In this document: positions 20,170 to 29,170 of the stretch, piece after piece
Layout: each line of letters starts with the position of its first letter
How positions within the stretch are numbered: position 1 is the first letter of the stretch
Origin: Candidatus Poribacteria bacterium
GTDB taxonomy: Bacteria; Poribacteria; WGA-4E; PCPOR2b
NCBI GenBank assembly: GCA_965215015.1
Contig: OZ244042.1
Location: forward strand, 1,888,001-1,952,000
DNA length: 64,000 nt
Direction of reading: 5' to 3'
The notes under the pieces: model-generated
Seen by the model: only the letters and a program-made list of their open reading frames with translations
Database searches by the model: none
What the model was told of the DNA's origin: nothing
Translations under genes and position numbers: made by a program

Positions 20170-20445
20170 TTAAATTTACTATAGTTGGACAACCAGAATC
20201 TATCGCTGTTGAGAGCGAACTGTCTGAATTGAAGGAGATTCTTTCAAATGCTGAACCATTTTCTGGTGGATATTGTTCCTCAGAACTATCTGTTGGTAGA
20301 TGGCGGTGTGAAACGTGTCGACTTCGAGTACAGTAGCTTCGGGTGCTCGATTTCACCAATATCCTTGAGCGGGAGTATCAAGGGGAAATTTGAGATGTGT
20401 AGGCGTGAAGAATATGTTTTTCTTGACGAGTACACTCACCACTGA
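20170..20445 (+). pseudogene. Degraded phosphotransferase (APH/choline kinase-like) fragment
   Basis: Frame-shifted pieces 'VESELSELKEILSNAEPF' and 'DIVPQNYLLVDGGVKRVDFEYSSFG' resemble the DxxxxN...DFE kinase core. Confidence 0.4.
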
Positions 20446-20703
20446 TAAAATACACCTGTTGTTTACATCATTTTTCGGGGCGGGACACCTGTGTTGTCCC
20501 TTAACTTCACTTGTGAAGCAACACCCGTGGTTTATCTGTCTCCTCATTTCCACACAGTCATGCCAGACCAGTGTAAGCACACTAGTCGAGGAATGGCTTC
20601 AATACAGGGGCCAAAATGAAAGAATAGTCGTTAAAATCCAAAACAGAGAACGTATCAGATACATAATTATAGCACTAGAACACCGGAATGAGAGGCAGAA
20701 TAT

Positions 20704-21768
20704 ATGAATAAAGCAGGGCGCGGCTGGTCCCAGGCGAGTCAGATGAAGCCGGCAGCAGAATACGACATTCGATACGGTTCGGAACTGCTCAAAAAGGAAA
20801 GTTCCGGGTGGCCCCCTTACTTAATGGTGTCCACACCGACTGCGTACAGAACGGCACAATCCTATCTGTCCCAACCACCCGCAGGGGTAGCCTATGCAAT
20901 GTGGCTAGATTCTAAACACCAAAAAGAGATAAGCGAAAGTTTGCCCAATCATACAGAGTTGGTCGTTGGGATCGGCGGTGGACGGGCACTCGATGTTTCA
21001 AAGTTTGTCGCGTTGGATAAAGACCTGCCGCTTATCATGGTGCCGACGATTATATCCACGGGAGCGATTATCCATGGGGTTGTGGCAAAGTGGGACGGAC
21101 GAAAAATCGTCGGAGCTCTGGACGATTGGCCATGGGTGGACTGCGACCATGTTTTGGTGGATGACGACCTGATTCTCGAAGCTCCCTACTATCTGAATAC
21201 CGCGGGGCTCGGTGATATACTGTGTGGTTATGCGGCACCCGCAGAATGGCGTTGGCGTTCCAAGAACGGTTTGGTACCGCCCTGCGACGAAGCAGTGATT
21301 ACTGAAGCCCTCAATCACCACGAAGAAATCACGCGAGAATTTGAAGCGACCCTCGATACGAACGGAAAGTTAACGGGGAAAAGTGTACAGCATATTATGA
21401 AAAGTGTGCAAGAACGTGACGCCCGATGGATTCAACGACCAGAGGCGGAGAGCGGAGACCACCCCTTCTGGCTCGCCCTAGAAGAGAAGCATAACACGAG
21501 CTACATCCACGGAGAGATGGTCGCATTCAGCGCAATCATCATCGCTTGGCAATGTGACGAACAACCTGAAATTCTGACGGATCGGCTAGATCGATGCAAG
21601 GTGCGCCGACGACCAAGAGAGGTAGGAATAAGCCGCGAGGAACTTCGTGTGGGACTAGAATTTGCGCCGAGTTACATGGAGAGAAAGGATATCAACACCA
21701 TCCTACGGCATCAGCCCATTACAGGGGCGCAATTTGATCAGCTTTGGGAGTTCTTAGAAACCAGCTAA
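20704..21768 (+). CDS. Glycerol-1-phosphate/glycerol dehydrogenase-like metal-dependent polyol dehydrogenase
   Basis: GIGGGRALDVSK, VPTIIST, AGLGD, SGDH, HGE. Confidence 0.8.
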   Translation: MNKAGRGWSQASQMKPAAEYDIRYGSELLKKESSGWPPYLMVSTPTAYRTAQSYLSQPPAGVAYAMWLDSKHQKEISESLPNHTELVVGIGGGRALDVSKFVALDKDLPLIMVPTIISTGAIIHGVVAKWDGRKIVGALDDWPWVDCDHVLVDDDLILEAPYYLNTAGLGDILCGYAAPAEWRWRSKNGLVPPCDEAVITEALNHHEEITREFEATLDTNGKLTGKSVQHIMKSVQERDARWIQRPEAESGDHPFWLALEEKHNTSYIHGEMVAFSAIIIAWQCDEQPEILTDRLDRCKVRRRPREVGISREELRVGLEFAPSYMERKDINTILRHQPITGAQFDQLWEFLETS

Positions 21769-21791
21769 TGAATCACACCGAGAGGAAACTT

Positions 21792-22592
21792 ATGATGAAC
21801 AGATCGCGTGTTCACGATAACGAAAAGGATATATCCACCTCCCAAGGCCTCCACCCTATCCCCGATCGATTGGTTGTATTAACCTTCGATGATGGCAACA
21901 AGTCGGACGCCACCTATGTTGCACCGTTACTGAAACGTTATGGCTTCGGCGCAACCTTTTTTATCACAGAGGGACTCAACTTTCTTAAAAACAAGGCACA
22001 CTATGTGACATGGGAAGAGGTTAAGGAGCTGCACGAAGCCGGTTTTGAAATCGGCAACCACACGCGCCATCACAAAAATGTGAATAACCAATCAAGCGAA
22101 GAACTGTTCGCGGACCTACAACACATCGATCTACGGTGCAAGGAGCACGGCATCCCTGTACCTGAGACATTCTGTTATCCAGGGTATTCTAACGGACCTG
22201 ATGCTGTGAAAGTCCTAACCGAGAGAGGCTTCCTCTTTGCGCGACGCGGCATTGCACCTGAGTTTCCTTACGATTCCGAGGGAGGCAGAGGGGCCGCATA
22301 CAACCCATCGAAACATCATCCGCTGCTCATCCCGACGACAGGGGCCTCAGGACCACGCTGGACGTTTGATGATTTGGTCTGGGCACTTGAGGGAGCAAGA
22401 GATGGACAGATTGCTGTCTTGACCTTCCACGGCGTACCTGCCTTGGAGCACCCTTGGGTCAATACCGAGCCAGAAGCATTTGAAACCTACATGGATTATC
22501 TTCACGACAATGACTGTACTGTCATTTCCCTGCGGGACTTGGCAAAATACGTTGCCCCTGTCCAAGACAGGGATCTTCAATGCTATTACTAA
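21792..22592 (+). CDS. Polysaccharide deacetylase (CE4/NodB) family protein
   Basis: VLTFDDG, EIGNHTRHH, FCYPG, LTFHG. Confidence 0.88.
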   Translation: MMNRSRVHDNEKDISTSQGLHPIPDRLVVLTFDDGNKSDATYVAPLLKRYGFGATFFITEGLNFLKNKAHYVTWEEVKELHEAGFEIGNHTRHHKNVNNQSSEELFADLQHIDLRCKEHGIPVPETFCYPGYSNGPDAVKVLTERGFLFARRGIAPEFPYDSEGGRGAAYNPSKHHPLLIPTTGASGPRWTFDDLVWALEGARDGQIAVLTFHGVPALEHPWVNTEPEAFETYMDYLHDNDCTVISLRDLAKYVAPVQDRDLQCYY

Positions 22593-22637
22593 ACTACTTG
22601 CATTCCAATAGGAAATTTTTAACCCAACGGAGAGAAT

Positions 22638-23618
22638 ATGATGTTAACAGGACGAATCAAATATTACAACTCAGACAAAGGATATGGGTTCATCGCTCAA
22701 GATACCGGTGAAGGGGATGTTTTTCTGCATGTATCTGCGATTCAGCGTGGATACGACGAAATCCACGTAGGACAGCGTGTTAGCTATGAGGTGGTTGTAG
22801 GCAATAAGGGGCCCGTTGCCCAAAACGTGAAAATCCTGCTGACCCCACTTGATCGGAAACGATTGAGACAAGGAAAAGTAGTGATACCTCGCGACTATAC
22901 TCCACCTCAGCAGCCGAGAGATAGTTCTGGGGAGAGGGTGTTCAGTCCGTCTCAAAGACCTACCCGACCCACACGGGCTGCCGCCTCCGCCCCACAAAAA
23001 CCCAAACAGCAGACAGAGGCTTCAAGTCTTAAAATAGCAACGTCTGAGCCGACTGAGGTCCCCCGAAATCAGAAACCTTCTCCTCCGCACACTCCCAAAC
23101 CGAAATCAGGCTCCACCCTTGATGAAAAACCAACCTTTGGCGATTCCTACATACAGAAGCAGATACGTCTTCAAACACCCATGTTTTTTGGATTATATAA
23201 CCATACACTGCTCCCCGCGACAGTTACCGAATTCACCAAATATGAATTCGTTTTACAAGGAGAAACAGAAAAACAAGAACTACCGAAAACCGATGTCAAA
23301 TACTGTTACAAAGCGGAGGTGGCTACGGATATACAGTCAATTATCCACTATAACGAAGATATTAGAACCCAAAATTTAAAACCCATAATACAACGCAGAA
23401 AACGCTATAGTATCAATACGCGAGCGATCGTACGAGCGCGGCGGGCTCGACACACAATTGAAGTCACGATGCTGGAAGGAGAAGTTTTCCGTGGATTGGT
23501 GGATTGGGTTAGCAGGTACGAAATTAAGATGATTTTAGAGAACGAATCAAAAATCCTTGTCTTTCGACACGCTATCTGCGATTTTAAGGTATTTCCATCG
23601 GAAGGGCAGGTGGAGTAA
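22638..23618 (+). CDS. Cold-shock domain protein with two C-terminal Hfq/Sm-like domains
   Basis: RNP1 KGYGFI and RNP2 VFLH in the N-terminal CSD, a Pro/Ser/Lys linker, then two about 60-aa units that align by eye to Hfq. The second ends in VFRHAI (compare Hfq VYKHAI). Confidence 0.8.
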   Translation: MMLTGRIKYYNSDKGYGFIAQDTGEGDVFLHVSAIQRGYDEIHVGQRVSYEVVVGNKGPVAQNVKILLTPLDRKRLRQGKVVIPRDYTPPQQPRDSSGERVFSPSQRPTRPTRAAASAPQKPKQQTEASSLKIATSEPTEVPRNQKPSPPHTPKPKSGSTLDEKPTFGDSYIQKQIRLQTPMFFGLYNHTLLPATVTEFTKYEFVLQGETEKQELPKTDVKYCYKAEVATDIQSIIHYNEDIRTQNLKPIIQRRKRYSINTRAIVRARRARHTIEVTMLEGEVFRGLVDWVSRYEIKMILENESKILVFRHAICDFKVFPSEGQVE

Positions 23619-23693
23619 TCATAACCGGAAACGATTGACAAACTACCCATAAAGAAAAAGTAGGAGAGAGAGCCGATTGATCAAAATGATTTA

Positions 23694-24014
23694 TCAACCG
23701 CGCACAGTTTCTGTTGGACTGGGTTGGAGCGAGCGAAGAAATTCAAATGTATAGATGCCTGTTTTGTGTCCGTCGCTCCAGATCAATCGAATCGCGTAAC
23801 GACCAACAAGCTGTATATCAACGATTGTAAGGTCTTTTGTCAACGAAGCGGGTAACAAGCGTAGCGGGTTTTTATCTGATTTCTCTGATTGGCACCGTGC
23901 ACATGGGCACTTTTGACGCAGCAGTTGATAGGAATACAACCCTTGGCGTCCATCGTTCCATTGAACACTTATTCCGTCTGAGAGGCGTTGAATCTGGGTC
24001 GGTTGAGGTGTCAT
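23694..24014 (-). CDS. DUF971 (GBBH-like N-terminal) domain protein
   Basis: W.DG, LRQKCPCARC, VGRYAI...WSDGH.TGIY.F..L. Confidence 0.88.
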   Translation of the reverse strand: MTPQPTQIQRLSDGISVQWNDGRQGLYSYQLLRQKCPCARCQSEKSDKNPLRLLPASLTKDLTIVDIQLVGRYAIRLIWSDGHKTGIYTFEFLRSLQPSPTETVRG

Positions 24015-24123
24015 TTACAGGCGACTTCGCGATATCTGTAGGGACTAGCAGGGTGGTAGACACCTTAAGATTGAGGCTTTTGCCAAAACACAGGCTCACG
24101 CCTCGACATTTGGTAATATGCTA

Positions 24124-24381
24124 TTATTGGAAGTAGTCAGCGTTTAACTGGATAAAACGCTCCCATTCTTCGGGAACCTCGTCATCTATAAAAATCGCCT
24201 CGACCGGACATTCCGGCTCACACACACCGCAATCAATGCACTCCACTGGATCGATAAAAAGCTGGTTTTGATTCTCAAAGTCGTCTGAGTCTGAGGTTGG
24301 ATGAATGCAGTCAACGGGGCAAACATCGACACAGGCAGTATCCTTGACATCGATGCAAGGTTCGGTGATGACGTAGGTCAT
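24124..24381 (-). CDS. 7Fe-type ([3Fe-4S]/[4Fe-4S]) ferredoxin, copy 2
   Basis: [19 protein letters not shown] ... [21 protein letters not shown]. Confidence 0.93.
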   Translation of the reverse strand: MTYVITEPCIDVKDTACVDVCPVDCIHPTSDSDDFENQNQLFIDPVECIDCGVCEPECPVEAIFIDDEVPEEWERFIQLNADYFQ

Positions 24382-24540
24382 CGGTTTTATCCTCCTGTTT
24401 CATTCGGAAATTACGATATTAAGATGACTGTAAAGAACCAATTAAGAATCGTTATTGAAACAGCATAAGTGCCTATTTCATCTGCGAATCTATAACGTCA
24501 ACCAACCCCCGGACCATTATACTATTTACGGTATCCCAAA

Positions 24541-24595
24541 AACGGGCAGCAATTGGAACTTTGCACTCAAATTCGACTCCAATCGCTACCCGTTT
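24541..24595 (-). terminator. Hairpin between the two ferredoxin genes (probable terminator)
   Basis: AACGGGCAGCAATTGGA ... TCCAATCGCTACCCGTT imperfect inverted repeat with A/T runs. Confidence 0.5.
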
Positions 24596-24614
24596 TAAAT
24601 TTTATAGTGCTTTA

Positions 24615-24872
24615 TTATTGAAAGTAATCAGCGTTTAACTGGGTGAAGTGCTCCCATTCTTCGGGGACATCTTCATCTATGAAAATTGCCTCGACCGGAC
24701 ATTCCGGCTCACACACACCGCAATCAATGCACTCCACTGGATCGATAAACAGCTGGTTTTGATTCTCAAAGTCGTCTGAGTCTGAGGTTGGATGAATGCA
24801 GTCAACAGGGCAAACATCAACACAGGCAGTATCCTTGACATCGATGCAAGGTTCGGTGATGACGTAGGTCAT
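24615..24872 (-). CDS. 7Fe-type ferredoxin, copy 1
   Basis: Same Cys motifs. Differs from copy 2 at only 4 C-terminal residues. Confidence 0.93.
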   Translation of the reverse strand: MTYVITEPCIDVKDTACVDVCPVDCIHPTSDSDDFENQNQLFIDPVECIDCGVCEPECPVEAIFIDEDVPEEWEHFTQLNADYFQ

Positions 24873-25033
24873 CGGTTTTATCCTCCTGTTTCATTCGGAA
24901 ATGAAGTTATTGAAAATTATATTATTGAAAATTGACGATTAAACCCTCCTAACCTGATGCAAATAATTCAGGCCTTTTATTAAGCTGGGGAATAATCAAA
25001 ACGTCGGTGTTTTCAGTTCAATAAGGTCAGTTA

Positions 25034-25062
25034 ATCATATCATATCTATTAACGTTTGTCAA
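25034..25062 (-). promoter_or_regulatory. sigma70 promoter for the ferredoxin locus
   Basis: Minus-strand TTGACA-17 bp-TATGAT. Confidence 0.6.
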
Positions 25063-25444
25063 ATAGATCTCACAGCGGTTATCAATAACCTGAATCGCCA
25101 CTTAATGATAGAAGCAAGTAAGTTGAAGTAAGTTGAAGAAATGTGAGACTGAGCGAATAGCTTGGGGGTTCTCTATCATTCTCCTGCGGTGTTAAATCTG
25201 TACAATTTGTGTTGGACCAACATTCTCGAGACCTCTCCTCTCGAATTCCGCTTCCCCCAGACGGTCGATCGGTATTTTGAAATATTGAAACCATCTGAGG
25301 AGTACCTCTCTCACTGCCAATATGTTGCACGACACGCCGAGCTCATTCAACCTGGTACCCTAGCCCAATGCTGTGAGTATCTCCGGGGTTCAAAGCCATC
25401 TGAATCAGGATTTTCAGGATGAAATAACTCACGTTCCTCTGCGA

Positions 25445-25738
25445 TTAGCCTGATTAGCCAATGTGAGCCTTCCTCAGATCAATCCCCCTGTTCGTAGTAT
25501 CGCAATTCATTGCGCGTTTTTTGGCATCCGTGTGCTCTGCGCTTAGCCGGATTAGCCAATGTGATTCCTTCTCATATTAATCGCCCTGTCCGTAGTATCG
25601 CAATTCATTGCGCGTTTTTTGGCATCCGTGTGCTCTGCGCTTAGCCGGATTAGCCAATGTGATTCCTTCTCATATTAATCGCCCTGTTCGTAGTAGCGCA
25701 ATTCATTGCGCGTTCGTTGCTATCTGTGTCCTCCGCCT
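25445..25738. repeat. 98-bp tandem repeat x3, each with a GTAG-led palindrome (REP-like)
   Basis: Units start at 25445, 25543 and 25641. Each contains GTAGTA(T/G)CGCAATTCATTGCG. Confidence 0.9.
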
Positions 25739-25800
25739 AACTATGATGCCTCAGGATTCTGCAGTGGAAAGGTAGAGATTGTTTTTTCATCAGTACCACT

Positions 25801-26502
25801 TTAGTCCCTCCACAAAGCGAGCCCACCCAATAAACCAGCAACGTTGGGCACTATTTTGACATTCGCAGGAAGGTTAAACGTAATCTTCTGAGCATTGCCC
25901 CCACCGATGTAAAGGGTATCGTAGTTAAATAGGTGCTCAAGAGAAGCAATCGCTTGCATCACACGCCGTTGCCATTTTTTTCTGCCGGCTTTTTCTAGCG
26001 CAGCATTTCCTAAATGCTCCTCGTAGGTCTTACCACCACGAAATGAGTGATGTGCAGCTTCGAGGTTGGGAACCAGTTTTCCGTCCAGAAACAGAGCAGA
26101 TCCAAAGCCGGTCCCTAGTGTGACAACCAATTCCACACCCCGGCCGGAAATTGCACCGAACCCCTGAACATCAGCATCGTTCAAGACACGCACGGGTTTG
26201 TCCAGTTTTGTGGATAATGCTTCTTCCAAATTGAACCCAATCCAATCCTTGTGAAGGTTCACTGCTGTTTCAGTCACACCTTTACGGATCACACCGGGAA
26301 AGCCGACCGATACGCGGTCAAAGCCCGACTGTTTCTTGGCTAGCTTGATGATTGCTTTGAGAACGGGACCTGGTTTAGCAGGCCGTGGTGTTGACACGCG
26401 CCTCCGGCTACCTATCGGATCTCCTTTTGCATCCAGAACCATTGCTTTGATACCACTGCCACCTATATCAACTGTCAAAGTTTTCTGATCAGCCATTGTC
26501 AT
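25801..26502 (-). CDS. ROK family kinase, polyphosphate glucokinase-like
   Basis: VDIGGSGIK, VGFPG, NDAD, TLGTGFGSALF, YIGGG. Short, without the ROK zinc cysteines. Confidence 0.8.
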   Translation of the reverse strand: MTMADQKTLTVDIGGSGIKAMVLDAKGDPIGSRRRVSTPRPAKPGPVLKAIIKLAKKQSGFDRVSVGFPGVIRKGVTETAVNLHKDWIGFNLEEALSTKLDKPVRVLNDADVQGFGAISGRGVELVVTLGTGFGSALFLDGKLVPNLEAAHHSFRGGKTYEEHLGNAALEKAGRKKWQRRVMQAIASLEHLFNYDTLYIGGGNAQKITFNLPANVKIVPNVAGLLGGLALWRD

Positions 26503-26605
26503 CAGGCCTCCCTTTGAGTTTACTAAGCATCTGTGAAAGCATAGGCTACATCAAAAAAGCCTTGCTGTGTATTTGTATTGGTTGTGCCTATCCTCCACCC
26601 AACTG

Positions 26606-27394
26606 TCAAGCGGGGACAATATGTGCTCGGTCAGGACGAAGCCGCTTTTTCAATTCGCGGTCATAATCTCGCTTAGTATCCGCCTGATTCTGGGGCAAAC
26701 CAATCTCCACGCCCGCCGCCGTGAAGGTAATAACCATCGCCTTACGAGGAGCAGTATCCACATTGACTGATGCACCGTGCACCATCCCAGTGGTCAAGAC
26801 ACTCGCTTGTCCGGCTCGTGCCACCACAGGAATTGCATCGGCGTAATCAAGGGCAGGAAGCCCATCCAGTGAAACCCCTGCGACGAGTGGAACGCTGCCT
26901 TTCAATTCCGGTTGATTCTCTCTGTATTTAGCTATCAGCCGATGGCTGCCGGGACGATACATCAACGGTGCTCGCTGTTCCGTCACATCGTCTATCCACA
27001 GAAAATAGGTGCAAACCATGCGTCTGGGAGTGGCGTCGAGATCCGAAAGGCAGTACTGAATATCCACATGTTGGTCGAAACTGAAGGGAGTGCTTAGTGA
27101 TGGGTAAGTCGTTACGATGGCAGTTTGAAAGAAGCGTATTTCATCAGCTCGCAGAACGCGCTTTGCTACCGCTTCAAAAAATGGATGCTGGATAATATCT
27201 AACAATTCCGGCTCGTAGAAGCTACACGTTGTACTGACCCGGTAGCGCGGTTTTTCTCCTACCTCCAGTTCATTGAACGGGAGTAGACGATCAAATACGG
27301 CTGATGCCGCTGCGATCTGCTGTTGCGTCAGCGGCGTATCAATTGTCACGGCTCCCATCTCTGAAAACTGTTGAATTTCTTGCTCGGTAATCAT
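26606..27394 (-). CDS. Phytanoyl-CoA dioxygenase (PhyH) family Fe/2OG enzyme
   Basis: HxD (QHVD), PGSH, distal H (MVHG). Confidence 0.85.
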   Translation of the reverse strand: MITEQEIQQFSEMGAVTIDTPLTQQQIAAASAVFDRLLPFNELEVGEKPRYRVSTTCSFYEPELLDIIQHPFFEAVAKRVLRADEIRFFQTAIVTTYPSLSTPFSFDQHVDIQYCLSDLDATPRRMVCTYFLWIDDVTEQRAPLMYRPGSHRLIAKYRENQPELKGSVPLVAGVSLDGLPALDYADAIPVVARAGQASVLTTGMVHGASVNVDTAPRKAMVITFTAAGVEIGLPQNQADTKRDYDRELKKRLRPDRAHIVPA

Positions 27395-27451
27395 ATCGCC
27401 TCTGTTTGTCCTTTATTTATTCGGGCGGGGTAATCGCATGTAAAGATTGTG

Positions 27452-27556
27452 TAGGAATTAGACCGTTAAGCCTCAAAGCCTTGTCGCTCTGCGATTCATC
27501 GCCTATTGTGATGCCGGTTGAATGGCGTTACGACGAACTCAAGTGCCTAACTCCTA
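27452..27556. mobile_element. Short degenerate family B element nested in another inverted-repeat pair (about 27428-27573)
   Basis: TAGGAATTAGAC ... GCCTAACTCCTA lies inside GGGGTAATCGCATGTA ... TAGATGCAATTCCCC. Confidence 0.45.
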
Positions 27557-27642
27557 AATAGATGCAATTCCCCTAGCTGTTAGGGATAATCTTGTTGAAT
27601 CAAAAGTTAAAACATTATACAATAATATTGTCCTATATTATC

Positions 27643-27873
27643 TGAGGGGTGCTCACTCTGAGGGTTGCTCATAAAGGAGGCGGCACACGGCCCGTGCCGT
27701 AACCCCCACAACCGTTATGGCCTATGGCTTGGCTAACATCCAACTACCATTAAACCCCCAAACCCGTCGGTGCGGCCTCTTGCCCTATCTACTGCCTGAG
27801 CCCCTATCTGTATCCGTGCAATCTGCTGCATCCGTTTAACCTGCGATTCAAACAATAATTATGAGCCTCCTCA
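27643..27873 (-). mobile_element. MITE family A copy 2 (inverted, one end doubled)
   Basis: TGAGGGGTGCTCAC then TGAGGGTTGCTCATAAA ... ATGAGCCTCCTCA. TATTATC on both flanks. Confidence 0.8.
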
Positions 27874-27937
27874 TATTATCTCACACAATTGCGAAAAAAA
27901 CATATCATATTTTTAACATTTGAAAGGGACATGGACA

Positions 27938-29134
27938 ATGACAGATTCTAAGATGTTTGAAGGCCGTGCCCCGGGAGCGCACGAAGGTATGGCCGAACTA
28001 AAGGATGGACGATGGATGATGGTTTGGTCGGGCCTGAATGTTAGCTATTCTAATGACCGTGGACGAACTTGGTCGGCGAGTGAATCGCTTCAGACCCGGG
28101 ACGAGCCAATCATTGGGACAGGTGCCCCAACCTGCCTCGTACGTTTGCAGTCGAGTAAGCTCGGGCTCCTCTATGGCCGCTTTAGCGGTACAAGCGGTGG
28201 AACATTAGCCGGCTATGCACTCTGTTTTCGCACCTCCAGCAACGAAGGTGAGTCATGGTCAGAAGAAACAACAATCAACCTACCCGGCGAGACTGCGAGT
28301 AACTATCACGACGTACTCTTTCAACTCCGGTCGGGGCGCTTAGTTTTACCCACCCGGTTCTGTCCACCCTGTACATTCCCGGAATTGAAGGACGCCGGTG
28401 CTTACGGCATCTTCCAAGGGAAACGTTTCAAAACAGAGGGCCACGCTCATAGTCCGGAGATTGATACAAGCCAAGTATACTTCTCAGATGACGAGGGCAA
28501 CACCTGGAAACGTGGACCTCAGGACATCGTAATCTGGCACCAAGACGGTTTCGGCGGGATGTGGCCCTGCGATGAGCCCGGCGCAGTCCAACTCCGCGAT
28601 GGCAGACTCCTAATGATGTTCCGAACAACATTGGGACGCCTGTACCAAAGTTTCAGCAATGATGAAGGGCTCACTTGGTCCTTACCGCAGCCAACGGGGC
28701 TAGCTAGCTCATATTCACCGTGCCGACTCCGCGTCATTCCGACCACCGGAGACCTGCTCTGTGTGTGGAATCAGGTGAACGCTGACGAAGTGAGTCGCGG
28801 TTTTCGCCGATCTCGCTTATCGCTCGCCATCTCTACAGATGACGGCGGCAGCTGGGGGCACTTCAAGACACTTGAAGTTGGCGGTCCGGTGGACAGATCC
28901 GACCGCATTGACCCCGACGACGAGATCTGTATGGTTCGCGGCGAAAAAGAACTCGGTGAACTTCCAGCTGATATGATATATGTGTCGTATCCGAACGCGC
29001 ATTTCTTCGGGGAGGAAGTTGTACTGCTCTACGACTTCGGTCCCCAGCTGGATGCGTCCACAGATCCACCCTCCTGGCCCCGCTACCGCAAGATTGTCAT
29101 CCGTCCGATCGCGTGGCTGTATGAGGGTGCATAG
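27938..29134 (+). CDS. BNR/Asp-box sialidase-family protein
   Basis: SNDRGRTWS, SSNEGESWS, SDDEGNTW, SNDEGLTWS, STDDGGSW and a C-terminal SYP motif. Confidence 0.88.
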   Translation: MTDSKMFEGRAPGAHEGMAELKDGRWMMVWSGLNVSYSNDRGRTWSASESLQTRDEPIIGTGAPTCLVRLQSSKLGLLYGRFSGTSGGTLAGYALCFRTSSNEGESWSEETTINLPGETASNYHDVLFQLRSGRLVLPTRFCPPCTFPELKDAGAYGIFQGKRFKTEGHAHSPEIDTSQVYFSDDEGNTWKRGPQDIVIWHQDGFGGMWPCDEPGAVQLRDGRLLMMFRTTLGRLYQSFSNDEGLTWSLPQPTGLASSYSPCRLRVIPTTGDLLCVWNQVNADEVSRGFRRSRLSLAISTDDGGSWGHFKTLEVGGPVDRSDRIDPDDEICMVRGEKELGELPADMIYVSYPNAHFFGEEVVLLYDFGPQLDASTDPPSWPRYRKIVIRPIAWLYEGA

Positions 29135-29170
29135 AAAAATTGTCACTATAAAATATAAAAGGAGTGCAAT

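Noticed and set aside
25150-25400. 6S RNA or a small gene between the ferredoxin promoter and the 98-bp repeats
   Set aside because: No long terminal stem with a central bubble was found, and the short ORFs on both strands have no recognisable motif or RBS.
25445-25738. CRISPR array (palindromic repeat with regular spacing)
   Set aside because: The sequence between the palindromes is itself repeated, so this is a 98-bp tandem repeat.
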